64,000 bases of DNA from Patescibacteria group bacterium (GCA_035549315.1 DASZRC010000026.1:988-64987), one strand, 5' to 3'. Numbered from the stretch's first letter, positions 51,597-61,752 are shown. Translations and numbers: made by a program. The notes: a model not told the origin generated them from the letters alone.

Positions 51597-52598
51597 ATGA
51601 AAATGTTGGTTACCGGTGGAGCCGGATATATAGGAAGCTTTATGACTCGTTTACTTTTAGACCGCGAGTATGAAGTTGTTGTCCTGGATAACTTAGAAAG
51701 AGGAGACAAGGCTAGAATTGATCCACGTGCGGAGTTTATTAAAGGGGATATAAGAGATCAGGCTTTTCTTAAGGATTTCTTTAAGAAATATAAGTTTGAC
51801 GCTGTTTTGCATTTTGCGGGTTATATTGCGGTTGCAGAGTCAGAATTAGATCCTAAGAGATACTACGAGAATAACGTTGAGGGATCAAAAAATTTATTTA
51901 CAGCAGCAATTGAAAGTGGGACAGATAAATTTATTTTTTCTTCTTCTGCTGCAGTGTATGGTAATCCTGAAACCTTACCTATTCCGGAGGACCATCCCAA
52001 AAATCCAACCAGTAATTACGGACAAAATAAGCTTGATGTGGAGAAGATCCTTTCAACTCTTCGAGAGTCCCATCCGGAAGTTGATTTTGTTTGTCTTAGG
52101 TATTTTAACGCTTCCGGAGCAGCATTGGATGGTAGTAATGGAGAGGCTCATGAGCCGGAAACTCACATTATACCTTTGGCTATTCGTGCCGCATTGGGTG
52201 GGTCAGATTTTAAACTATATGGTACAGATTATGATACGGAAGACGGAACCTGTGTCAGAGATTATATCCATGTTTTGGATTTGGTTCAGGCACATATCTT
52301 GGCTTTGGATAAATTGTATTATGAACCAGGAGAATATTATTATAACGTAGGCGTAGGACAAGGCTACACAAACAAGCAGGTTATTGATATGGTAAAAAAA
52401 GTTAGCGGAAAAGAGTTCAAAGTAATTGAGGAGCCAAGAAGGAGCGGCGATCCGGATAAATTAATAGCAGACCCTTCCAGAATCAATAATGAGCTCAGTT
52501 TTAGTCCAAAATATTCGGATCTGCAATCTATAGTAGAGTCTGCTTGGAAATGGCACGTGAGACAATTAGAAACTCAAAATTCAAAACTTAATGAGTAG
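51597..52598 (+). CDS. galE: UDP-glucose 4-epimerase
   Basis: VTGGAGYIGS, HFAG, FSSSAAVYG, YGQNK, LRYFNASGA, DGTCVRDYIHV.DL..AH. Confidence 0.92.
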   Translation: MKMLVTGGAGYIGSFMTRLLLDREYEVVVLDNLERGDKARIDPRAEFIKGDIRDQAFLKDFFKKYKFDAVLHFAGYIAVAESELDPKRYYENNVEGSKNLFTAAIESGTDKFIFSSSAAVYGNPETLPIPEDHPKNPTSNYGQNKLDVEKILSTLRESHPEVDFVCLRYFNASGAALDGSNGEAHEPETHIIPLAIRAALGGSDFKLYGTDYDTEDGTCVRDYIHVLDLVQAHILALDKLYYEPGEYYYNVGVGQGYTNKQVIDMVKKVSGKEFKVIEEPRRSGDPDKLIADPSRINNELSFSPKYSDLQSIVESAWKWHVRQLETQNSKLNE

Positions 52599-53115
52599 AA
52601 TTTATCGTTTCCTCGTTATAGCGAGCTTATTTTTAACCGTTTTTTCCAAACAAGTTTTTGCTGAATCTTCATATGTTCTTCCATATCCCGGGACTATGCC
52701 AGGGAGCAAGTTATATAAGCTAGACTTAATAAAAGAAAAGTTGTCTGAGTATTGGTATTTTGGTGATTTTGCTCAGTTCGACTATAACCTTCAACTTGCA
52801 GATAAATACTTAGTTGAGGCAAAGACCCTTTTTGAGTACAAACAATATCTACTAGGCTACAATGCTTTGGAAAAATCTAATAGCTACTTTAAAAACATTC
52901 CGCCAACCTTAGTAAATGCTAAGAGAAATGGTAAGGATACCTCAGATAAAAAAGCGATACTAGACCAAGCAGCTAAAAAACACGTAGAAGAACTGATAAT
53001 CATGAAGAAAAATGTTCCCCAGGTATTTAATTGGTCTCCTGAAAAAGCTGCTCCTACAAACTTAAACCTATGGAAGTTGATAGATGATTCAATTAAGGCA
53101 AGAAACTCAATATGA
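52591..53115 (+). CDS. Exported helical protein, DUF5667-like
   Basis: Signal peptide ending VFA; YVLPYPGTMPGSKLYKL..IKE. Confidence 0.55.
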   Translation: MSRIYRFLVIASLFLTVFSKQVFAESSYVLPYPGTMPGSKLYKLDLIKEKLSEYWYFGDFAQFDYNLQLADKYLVEAKTLFEYKQYLLGYNALEKSNSYFKNIPPTLVNAKRNGKDTSDKKAILDQAAKKHVEELIIMKKNVPQVFNWSPEKAAPTNLNLWKLIDDSIKARNSI

Positions 53116-54242
53116 TAAGAAAAATATATTATTTGTATTTAGTACTTTTTTTAACTTTTTCTATATTTACATATCTTTTTGTTGATAGTAACTTTTTTTA
53201 CCTCAAAAGCCTTGTTACGGGTATTGGGCTGCATGACAGGATATTGGTTTCATTAATATACCTTTTGTATATGGTTTTATTTTTTATACTTTATTTTTTA
53301 TTGATAAAAAATATTAATAGAGTGCCTGCTGTAATAAAAAGCTCAATACTTCCAACTGTAATTGTTTTAGCTTTTTTAATTTTCTCCTATCCCACTATTA
53401 TTTCATATGATGTTTTTAATTATGCTGCTACCGCCAAGGTAACATTTGGTTATAGAGAGAATCCGTATATAATAATGCCAATAGAATTTAGGCAAGATAG
53501 TTTATTAAGGTTCACGCAGGCTGCCAATAAGATAGCCCTTTATGCTCCATTCTGGATATTAATAAGTTTTATACCTTTTGTTCTTGCGTTCGGTAATTAT
53601 TTAGTATTAATTTACCTATTCAAACTTTTAGCGGCAATATTTTTAATCGGGTGTGTTTACTTACTTTTGAAGTTAAGTGATAAACCAAATCCCGCTTTGT
53701 ATTTTGCTCTAAGCCCACTTGTTTTAGTTGAGACAATTGTTTCTGGGCACAATGATATTGTTATGATGTTTTTAGCATTAGCCGCGTTTTATTTTGCTAA
53801 GAATAAAAAGATTTTAATTTCCTTAGTATTTATTTTCCTATCAATATTAATAAAGTATTCAACAATTGTTTTATTACCTACGCTAATATACTCAATCTAT
53901 TTAATTGCAAGAAATGTAAAAATTGATTGGGATAGGATATATTTTTTAAATTTTGTATTATTATTTATAGTTTTTTTACTTTCTCCCATTCGTGCCGAAA
54001 TTTATCCTTGGTATGCAATATGGCCATTATCTTTTCTTGTACTCACTAAAAAAAGAAATTTAATTTACCTTTTTACATTCTTTTCTTTTTGTTTGATGGC
54101 TAGATATATTCCCTATATGTTAACAGGTGACAATTTTGGCTTAACCCCAAACATTAAGATGTTTATGACATTCTTTCCAACAGGAATTATAGCTTTGTAT
54201 ATGATATTCAAAAAAAAGTTGTTGGCGAATAATAGTTTATGA
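53112..54242 (+). CDS. GT-C membrane glycosyltransferase (GT87/MptA-MptB-like)
   Basis: SYDVFNY, NPY, LYAPFW, SPLVLVE..SGHND, IKY, YPWY; paralogue of 16045-17196. Confidence 0.7.
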   Translation: MIRKIYYLYLVLFLTFSIFTYLFVDSNFFYLKSLVTGIGLHDRILVSLIYLLYMVLFFILYFLLIKNINRVPAVIKSSILPTVIVLAFLIFSYPTIISYDVFNYAATAKVTFGYRENPYIIMPIEFRQDSLLRFTQAANKIALYAPFWILISFIPFVLAFGNYLVLIYLFKLLAAIFLIGCVYLLLKLSDKPNPALYFALSPLVLVETIVSGHNDIVMMFLALAAFYFAKNKKILISLVFIFLSILIKYSTIVLLPTLIYSIYLIARNVKIDWDRIYFLNFVLLFIVFLLSPIRAEIYPWYAIWPLSFLVLTKKRNLIYLFTFFSFCLMARYIPYMLTGDNFGLTPNIKMFMTFFPTGIIALYMIFKKKLLANNSL

Positions 54243-55903
54243 CAGGAAAAATCCTCACGCTTATTAAAAAGAATTTAGCACTAATAATTGCTGTAGGATT
54301 TGCTTTATTAGCAGTAATTGACCTAAGTCATTTTGGTCTTCCGCCAACACATGATGCTGAGTATCACGTTATGCGTTTTCAGCAGTTTTATAAGGAAATT
54401 TCTCAAGGGATTTTTTATCCCCGTTGGGCACCAGATTTTAATAATGGTTTTGGAATTCCCTTATTTAACTATGTATATCCTCTGCCAAATTTTGTGGCAG
54501 CGTTATTTCATTCATTGGGTTTTGGCTTTATTGATTCTTTTAAGCTGAATATGGTGCTCGCAACTTTATTTGGCTCTATATTTTTCTACTTGTGGTCCAA
54601 AAAGTATTGGGGGACTCTTGGTGCAATGGTGTCTTCTATTTTTTATACCTTCTCACCATACCACTTTGTTGATATATATGTCAGGGGATCTGTTGGAGAA
54701 GTTTGGGCTTTAGCAATTTTTCCTGCTTTATTGTGGTCATATTCTGAATACTCTGAAAATAAAAAAAATGCATACATTGTTTTATCAAGTGTTTTTTTGG
54801 GTCTACTTATTTATTCGCACAACATTCTTGCTTTAATCTCTTTTATCTTTTTTACACTTTATGCATTTATTCTTATTAAGAAAAAAAGAGTTTTTACTCA
54901 AATTAAATCTTTTATTTTCATTGTTGTTATGGGCTTTGGTTTGGGTGCCCCCTTTTGGTTACCTGCGATACTAGAGACAAAGTATGTTACCGGTTTGCAG
55001 TTATTTGATGTAACGAAAAACTTTACACCTATTTATAAGTTTTTTGTTCCTACTTGGGGGTTTGGATTATCACCCGCTGATCCGCTAAATCCTATGTCGG
55101 TCCAATTGGGGTATGCAAACATTCTAGCTGTTTTGTTAAGTATTTTTGTGTGCATATTGAGTAAAAGAAAAAAGCTTTTAGTTTTCTTTATTGTTTCTTA
55201 TTTTTTAATTTTCTTTATGATGACTAGTTATTCCACAATATTTTGGAAAATTATTCCTTTAATTTCTTATTTTCAATTTCCGTGGAGATTGCTAGGCCTA
55301 GAGATTTTAATTTCATCTTTTCTTGTAGGGTCAATATTTTCACTTAAATACCTAGATAAAAAGGAAAACATTCAGATAATTATAGCCTCTGTTTTGATAG
55401 TTATTTCTGTGGGATTAAGCTTTAGATATATGAAGGCGCCATTCTATCACCAAAGATTGGATTCTCATTATTTAACCAGAAGTAACTTTACAGATGGTAC
55501 AAATAGTCCGGGAAATTCATTTAATACACTATGGCTAACCAAAGGCTTGCCTAAAAAACAAAAAGATAAGGTGAAAATAGTTAATGGTCAAGGTAGTGTT
55601 GGTATAGTCAATGCTACTGCTAATGATTATGTAATTGTTGCAAATTCCAAAAAGGGGATGGCAATTATTTTAAATGTTGCTTATTTTCCAGCATGGCAGG
55701 CAAGTATTGGGAATAAAAAAACTTTAATTTATGAAAAAGACGGAATTGTGGAGATCAAAGTACCAAAGGGCAGAAGTGTAGTTGAGGTAAAACTTACAAA
55801 TACACCAATTGAAGCTTTTGCATGTCTTTATTTTTTGATATCGCTTATTCTTCTGGTGCTGATTAGCAATAAAAGTATTGATATAATTAACCCTATTAAA
55901 TAA
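54239..55903 (+). CDS. PTPS-related membrane protein (GT-C-like)
   Basis: THDA..H..R, YPRW, GFGIP, PYHFVDIYVRG..GE, SHN, QFPWR, YFPAW. Confidence 0.75.
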   Translation: MTGKILTLIKKNLALIIAVGFALLAVIDLSHFGLPPTHDAEYHVMRFQQFYKEISQGIFYPRWAPDFNNGFGIPLFNYVYPLPNFVAALFHSLGFGFIDSFKLNMVLATLFGSIFFYLWSKKYWGTLGAMVSSIFYTFSPYHFVDIYVRGSVGEVWALAIFPALLWSYSEYSENKKNAYIVLSSVFLGLLIYSHNILALISFIFFTLYAFILIKKKRVFTQIKSFIFIVVMGFGLGAPFWLPAILETKYVTGLQLFDVTKNFTPIYKFFVPTWGFGLSPADPLNPMSVQLGYANILAVLLSIFVCILSKRKKLLVFFIVSYFLIFFMMTSYSTIFWKIIPLISYFQFPWRLLGLEILISSFLVGSIFSLKYLDKKENIQIIIASVLIVISVGLSFRYMKAPFYHQRLDSHYLTRSNFTDGTNSPGNSFNTLWLTKGLPKKQKDKVKIVNGQGSVGIVNATANDYVIVANSKKGMAIILNVAYFPAWQASIGNKKTLIYEKDGIVEIKVPKGRSVVEVKLTNTPIEAFACLYFLISLILLVLISNKSIDIINPIK

Positions 55904-55917
55904 TTTTAAATCTTGGT

Positions 55918-56177
55918 ATGTTTTATTATATATATATGTCTTAAAGTCAGACAAGGATAAAATGTTCTATACTGGTTATACTAAAGATTTAAAATTAAGA
56001 TTTAAGCAACACATGGATAAAAAGGTTCAATCTACTAAAAAGAGGGGAAGGCTTAGGCTAATTTATTACGAAGCATGCTTGAATCAACAAGATGCTACCC
56101 ATAGGGAAAAATATCTCAAAACGTATTTGGGAAAAATGTTTTTAAGGAATAGACTTAAATCTTATTTAACAGGGTAA
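55918..56177 (+). pseudogene. GIY-YIG nuclease, frameshifted near its start in a (TA)n tract
   Basis: YIYVLKSDKDKMFYTGYTKDL..RFKQH...LIYYEA...A..REKYLK; ATG 55918 is out of frame by 2 nt; the track ORF starts at 55962. Confidence 0.75.
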
Positions 56178-56181
56178 AAAT

Positions 56182-57219
56182 ATGAAAGTAGGAATTGACA
56201 TATCACCATTATCTAGTGGACACAAGGTTCGCGGTGTAGGGTTTTACGTTAAGCTCTTAAAAGATAATATTGCAGAATTAGATAAAAAAAACGAATACTC
56301 TTTTTTTGAGGGAAACCCGCCGCCTAATCTTGATTTAGTCCATTATCCCTATTTTGATCCTTTTCAAATTACGCTTCCAAGTCATTTCTCAAATAAAACC
56401 ATGGTAACAGTTCATGATCTAACGCCAATTGTATTTGGGCAGCACTTTCCGGCCGGGCTTATGGGTAAACTAAGGTGGGCATTTCAAAAAAAAAGATTAA
56501 AAAGGGTAGACTCAATACTTGCGGATTCGGAATGTTCTAAGAAAGATATAGTAAAGATAACAGGAATTAGTGAAGAAAAAATAAAAGTTGTTTACCTTGC
56601 TGCAAATAAAATTTATAAAAAAATTAAATTGGGTAGCAATGCTTCACAAGTAAAAAAGAAATTCAGTTTGCCGGATGAGTTCGTTTTATATGTGGGGGAC
56701 GCCACATGGAATAAAAACTTACCAAAGCTTATCGAATCAATTAAGAAAACTTCATACAAGCTCGTTTTGGTGGGTAAGGTTTGGGAAAATACCTTTGAAA
56801 CGGTTTCCGATAATCCTTGGAATGAAGATCTTAAGAAAGTTTTGAAAGAGATTGATCAGGATGAGCAATTTATAAAATTAGGATTTGTTTCAGATGAAGA
56901 TTTGGCAATAGTTTATAATTTGGCCACTGTTTTTATAATGCCCTCAATATATGAAGGCTTTGGTCTTCCGGTTCTTGAGGCAATGAGTTGTGGTACTCCT
57001 GTTATTACTACAAGGGGCGGAAGTTTGCCGGAAGTTGCTGGTCAAGCAGGCTATTATGTTGATGTTGAAGACGTAGAGAATATAAGAGAAGGCATAAATG
57101 CTATGATGACAGACAAAAAATTACGCGATTTATTTTCAAAAAAAAGCATAGAACAATCTAAAAAATTCTCAATTAAGAAAATGATTACCGATACGGTTTC
57201 TTCTTATGCCTCTGTATGA
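56182..57219 (+). CDS. GT4 glycosyltransferase (MtfB/WbaZ-like)
   Basis: RGVG.Y, TVHDL, YVG...KN, PSIYEGFGLPVLEAMSCGTPV. Confidence 0.9.
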   Translation: MKVGIDISPLSSGHKVRGVGFYVKLLKDNIAELDKKNEYSFFEGNPPPNLDLVHYPYFDPFQITLPSHFSNKTMVTVHDLTPIVFGQHFPAGLMGKLRWAFQKKRLKRVDSILADSECSKKDIVKITGISEEKIKVVYLAANKIYKKIKLGSNASQVKKKFSLPDEFVLYVGDATWNKNLPKLIESIKKTSYKLVLVGKVWENTFETVSDNPWNEDLKKVLKEIDQDEQFIKLGFVSDEDLAIVYNLATVFIMPSIYEGFGLPVLEAMSCGTPVITTRGGSLPEVAGQAGYYVDVEDVENIREGINAMMTDKKLRDLFSKKSIEQSKKFSIKKMITDTVSSYASV

Positions 57220-58484
57220 ATAAGATAAGAGAGATTATCAAAAACCCTCTAATATTTGGGAGCTCAATCATTTTAATAGGGTCATTGGCTGCTAACTTGG
57301 GTCATTATCTGTTTAATCTAATCTTGGGAAGGTGGCTTTTAACACCTTCTCAGTATGGTCTTGTAGTTTCACTAGTTTCTGTTACAGTTCTATTCTCTGT
57401 TTTTCAGCTTGCCCTTACCGGTATTTTTGCCAAATTTTCTGCCCAATTTGAAGCTTCAAAAGATAAAATTAGCCTTTCAGACCTAATTAAAAAAGGGTTT
57501 AGCTTAACCCTCTTAGTTTCCTCTCTTATCCTAGTTATTTTAATCATATTTTTTAAGTCTTTTTCAGATTTTCTGCACGTCAATAACATATTCATAGTTT
57601 TGCTAACTTTTGCATATATCTTTCTATCTATTCTCTCATCCTTGCCTATGGGAATATTGCAGGGTAGAGTAAGGGTATATGTAATATCATTTCTAAATAT
57701 TTCCAATGCAATAGTTAAGCTTATTGTGGGGGTTGGATTGGTACTTCTGGGTTATAAGGTAACCGGAGCAATGATTGGAATTGTCTTGTCTATTATCATT
57801 ATGCTTGTCATGGGCCTTTTCTTTATAAGAAAGAATGTAATTAAAAAAACTGACAAAAGAGAAAATGAACAAAAACTCTTGGTAGAAGAATTAAAAAAAT
57901 ATGGTGTTAAATTTTTCTTTGCAACTCTTGGAATAACGATGTTTACGAGCATGGATGTTATACTTGCCAGACATTTTTTCTCTCCTCTTATTGCCGGACA
58001 GTACGCAGCGCTTGCGTTAATGGGTAAGGCAATATTTTATCTAACCTTTCCAATTTATTTTGTTTTTTTCCCTCTTGTGGCACAGAAAAAAGCGAAAAAA
58101 GAAAAAGTTCACAATTTATTGATACAAGGTGCATTCCTTATACTTACCGTATCAATTCTTTCCAGTATTTTCTATTTTATTTATCCCCACATAGTGCTAA
58201 AGGTATTTTTCCCAAAGCCAGAGTACGCAGTTCTCGCAAAATATTTAGGAATATTTTCTATATTTATATTAATTTTTTCCATTGCAAATCTATTTAACAA
58301 TTTTCTTCTTTCAATCGGTAAAACAAATATCTACTTGATCAACTTGTTTTGTGCGCTTGTAATGATAATACTTGTCTATATTTTCCACTCCGCACTTATC
58401 CAAATAATTTATGCTTTAATTGGAACTTCGCTTTTACTTTTCATTTCCCTTTTTATATACTACTGGTACAATGGCCGCGATTAA
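57216..58484 (+). CDS. Wzx/MOP-family oligosaccharide flippase
   Basis: YLFNLILGR.LTPSQYG, GILQG, DVILARHFF...AGQYAA...GK...FFP. Confidence 0.8.
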   Translation: MNKIREIIKNPLIFGSSIILIGSLAANLGHYLFNLILGRWLLTPSQYGLVVSLVSVTVLFSVFQLALTGIFAKFSAQFEASKDKISLSDLIKKGFSLTLLVSSLILVILIIFFKSFSDFLHVNNIFIVLLTFAYIFLSILSSLPMGILQGRVRVYVISFLNISNAIVKLIVGVGLVLLGYKVTGAMIGIVLSIIIMLVMGLFFIRKNVIKKTDKRENEQKLLVEELKKYGVKFFFATLGITMFTSMDVILARHFFSPLIAGQYAALALMGKAIFYLTFPIYFVFFPLVAQKKAKKEKVHNLLIQGAFLILTVSILSSIFYFIYPHIVLKVFFPKPEYAVLAKYLGIFSIFILIFSIANLFNNFLLSIGKTNIYLINLFCALVMIILVYIFHSALIQIIYALIGTSLLLFISLFIYYWYNGRD

Positions 58485-59223
58485 ACTATTTTCTCTGGTT
58501 CTGCCTGTTTATAAACAAAGCAATACAATTGTTAAGAATATAAATGAGTTGGAAAGTGTCCTCAAGACCTTGCCTTTCAAATCAGAACTTATTATAGTTC
58601 TCGATGGACAAGATCTGGAAACAAGCAGAAAAATTAACTCTTTAATCCAAAAAAATAAAAAAGGAAATATCAAATTTTATGAATACGAATTAAACCAAGG
58701 CAAAGGGTATGCGGTAAAGTACGGAGTCTCAAAAGCAAAAGGAGATATAATTGGTTTTATAGATGCAGGTCTTGATATCAATCCATCAGAAATAAGTTTA
58801 ATGATAAATCTTATGGAGTGGAATGATGCAGATATAATAGTTGGTAGCAAGCTTCACCCGGAATCAAAAGTTAACTACCCTTTTGCGAGAAAAGTTTTGT
58901 CTTGGGGATATAGAACCTTTACTCACCTCCTTTTTGGATTTACGGTAAGAGACACTCAAGTTGGATTAAAGATTTTTAAAGGTAAGGTTGCAAGGGATGT
59001 TTTTCCCAAAATCGTTGTAAAAAGATTTGCCTTTGATATCGAGGTTTTGGCCGTATCTTATAGGTTGGGATACAAAAAAATATTTGAAGCTCCTGTTGTT
59101 TTAGACTTCAAAAATGGTACTATTACATCTAGTAATTTTTGGAGAATAATATTTTGGATGCTTTGGGATACTATGGCTGTATTCTACAGAATCAACATCC
59201 TCCGTTATTACGATCGTAAATGA
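58471..59223 (+). CDS. GT2 polyprenol-phosphate glycosyltransferase (DPG-synthase-like)
   Basis: NQGKGYAV, FIDAG, GSK.HP.S, DTQVGLK, FAFDIE; track start 58420. Confidence 0.82.
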   Translation: MAAIKLFSLVLPVYKQSNTIVKNINELESVLKTLPFKSELIIVLDGQDLETSRKINSLIQKNKKGNIKFYEYELNQGKGYAVKYGVSKAKGDIIGFIDAGLDINPSEISLMINLMEWNDADIIVGSKLHPESKVNYPFARKVLSWGYRTFTHLLFGFTVRDTQVGLKIFKGKVARDVFPKIVVKRFAFDIEVLAVSYRLGYKKIFEAPVVLDFKNGTITSSNFWRIIFWMLWDTMAVFYRINILRYYDRK

Positions 59224-60326
59224 ACATATTGATACTAAATTGGCGGGATCCGGCTAATCCTAAAAGTGGTGGGGCAGAAACAGTAACAATGGAACACGCT
59301 AGTGCTTGGGTTAAGGCTGGGCACAAAGTTACCTGGTTCTCATCTATGTTTAATGGAGCAAAGCAAATTGAAATTATTCGCGGGGTCGAGGTTTTTAGGA
59401 GAGGAAATCCTCTCACTGTTTATATTCTAGCGCCACTTTTTTACCTCTTTTCTAAAAGATCATTTGATTTGGTATTAGATGAAATACATGGGTTGCCATT
59501 TCTCACTCCTCTTTATATTAAAAAACCTAAATTAGTTCTAATACATGAAGTAGCGGGTGAGATATGGTCTTATATGTTTCCTTTCCCAATTAGTATGGTA
59601 GGCAAATTCGCGGAGTCTTTATATTTTAAACTATACAAAAAAATATACTTTTGGGTCCCTAGCAAGTCTACAATGGATGACTTAATTAAGATGGGTATAA
59701 AAAAAAGATATATAAAGCTAATAAACGATGGTATAGACAACAAGCCACTTACTAAGCTTCCTATTAAAGAAAAAACCCCAACATTCATTTTTGTTAGCAG
59801 AATAGTTAAGATGAAAGGTGTTGAGGAGGTAATAAAATCATTTTTTTTCATATTAAAAGAATTAAAAGATGGGAATTTGTGGATTGTTGGTGATGGTGAC
59901 CCGGAGTATATAGAATACCTCAAGGAAGTTTTAAGGAGTTATTCAATTAGTGCAAAAGTTAAGTTTTTTGGAAGAGTATCAAATGCAGAAAAGTTCAAGC
60001 TTATGAGTAAGGCAAATTTGCTTTTACATGCATCAAGGAAAGAAGGATGGGGACTAGTGGTGATTGAGGCAGCAAGTCAGGCAACACCATCTGTAGTATA
60101 TGATGTTTCCGGTCTTAGAGATTCGGTCATTAACGGCAAAACCGGAATTGTCATTACAGAAAATAAGCCTGAAAGTATGGCAAGAGCTGCAATTGATCTG
60201 ATCAAAGATAATAGAAAGTACAATAAATACCAAAATAATTGTTTAGCGTGGGCAAAAAGATTAGAATGGGATAAGCCAATAAAAGAAAGTTTAGAGCTTA
60301 TAAAAGATGTTGAAAAGGGTATTTAG
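59220..60326 (+). CDS. GT4 glycosyltransferase
   Basis: ILILNWRD...GGAE, KEGWGLVVIEAA, GLRDSV. Confidence 0.9.
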   Translation: MNILILNWRDPANPKSGGAETVTMEHASAWVKAGHKVTWFSSMFNGAKQIEIIRGVEVFRRGNPLTVYILAPLFYLFSKRSFDLVLDEIHGLPFLTPLYIKKPKLVLIHEVAGEIWSYMFPFPISMVGKFAESLYFKLYKKIYFWVPSKSTMDDLIKMGIKKRYIKLINDGIDNKPLTKLPIKEKTPTFIFVSRIVKMKGVEEVIKSFFFILKELKDGNLWIVGDGDPEYIEYLKEVLRSYSISAKVKFFGRVSNAEKFKLMSKANLLLHASRKEGWGLVVIEAASQATPSVVYDVSGLRDSVINGKTGIVITENKPESMARAAIDLIKDNRKYNKYQNNCLAWAKRLEWDKPIKESLELIKDVEKGI

Positions 60327-61641
60327 TAAATCATCCAATATATTTTTGATTCTCGTTGCAATCCTCTTATTGGGGTTTTATCTAAGAGTGAATAACCTTT
60401 ATACTTGGCCTCGCCTTGGAGCTACCTTTGATGAATATGCTTGGACTTGGGAAGGTATGAATTTAATACAAAAAGGAGTTCCTGTGTCTTGGTCTCCACA
60501 CCCCCAATACAAAACAGCTAAAGATATTATTTACCAAAAAACACATTTTAGAATAGTTAAGCCGTTCTTGGAACATCCTCCGGTTTTTGGTTTAGTTGCG
60601 GGTTCATTTGCAATACTTAATGGGGCATCAGATATGTACCATTTATCAATAAATAATATCCGTCCGCTTGCTGTAATTTTGGGATTAATATCAATACTTC
60701 TTGTGTATTTACTTGTGGAAGAAGTATATGACAAAAAAACCGCATTGCTCTCCTCACTTTTATATGCAACTATTCCAACAGTTGTTGTTGGATCAAGAAT
60801 TGTACAAAATGAAAACTTTTTTATCCCTGTTTGGTTATTAAGCCTCTGGTTAATCGCAAAATATATTAAAAATAAGAAAAGCCTATATAGAAACCTAGCT
60901 GCTTTACTGTGTGTATTGTTGGTTCTTGCTAAAGTACCTTGGGTTGCTGCTTCCGGTTCGATTTTTTTAATTTTTCTTTACCTCAAGCAATATAAAAACG
61001 CCTTAATTTTCTTTTTAGGACCAATTTTGGGGTTGGCTATATACACAATATACGGATTCTACTATGATTCAAATTTATTTCTTAGCTTGTGGGGTCTTCA
61101 ATTGAATCGTTATGATTTAACATTTAATAGTATTTTTGCAATCTTTACAGAGCCATTTTTGGTTGACAGATATATGGTAGATGGATGGATATATTTTGGT
61201 TGGTTTGCATTTATCTTACTTTTGACAAAAGACATCAAGAAAAACTTTATTATTATTTTTGGGTTACTAGCTTACTTTTCAATCTTTATATTTGCAATTC
61301 CCAATGAACCCGGCCATGGATGGTATAGATATCCATTTTATCCATTTTTAGCAATTTCAATTGCAGTATTTATAATTGACTACTTTAAAAAGAATTTATT
61401 GCTAACTTTTCTTTTTATCATAATGGTAGGTACCTCTTTATTGCAATTATCTTACGGAATTAAATTTGGTTTTTCTTTTAAAGTATTTAGATTATTTCTT
61501 CTATCAACAGGAATTGTGCTAATTCCTTTATTTTTTAAAAACAAAAATATTAAAAAATTATCCTTGTTATATGCTGATGCAATGATTATATTCTTTATTC
61601 TTTTGAATATTTGGGCGGTATTGGAGTATAACGAACAGTGA
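60307..61641 (+). CDS. GT-C glycosyltransferase (PMT/ArnT-like)
   Basis: ATFDEYAW, LEHPP, SRIVQNEN, LAK; polytopic. Confidence 0.75.
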   Translation: MLKRVFSKSSNIFLILVAILLLGFYLRVNNLYTWPRLGATFDEYAWTWEGMNLIQKGVPVSWSPHPQYKTAKDIIYQKTHFRIVKPFLEHPPVFGLVAGSFAILNGASDMYHLSINNIRPLAVILGLISILLVYLLVEEVYDKKTALLSSLLYATIPTVVVGSRIVQNENFFIPVWLLSLWLIAKYIKNKKSLYRNLAALLCVLLVLAKVPWVAASGSIFLIFLYLKQYKNALIFFLGPILGLAIYTIYGFYYDSNLFLSLWGLQLNRYDLTFNSIFAIFTEPFLVDRYMVDGWIYFGWFAFILLLTKDIKKNFIIIFGLLAYFSIFIFAIPNEPGHGWYRYPFYPFLAISIAVFIIDYFKKNLLLTFLFIIMVGTSLLQLSYGIKFGFSFKVFRLFLLSTGIVLIPLFFKNKNIKKLSLLYADAMIIFFILLNIWAVLEYNEQ

Positions 61642-61752
61642 TTTGCCGGTAAGATTTTCTGCCCAAAATACTACCTTTTCTTATCCACGATTATACTGTA
61701 ATATTCATTATCTGTTAGCTATAAATGAAGCTAAAGAACAGCGAAGTTATCT

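Noticed and set aside
52568-52590. AACTCAAAATTCAAAACTTA heptamer-like repeat at the galE end
   Set aside because: Only about three units; it resembles 3521-3576 but is too short to support a call.
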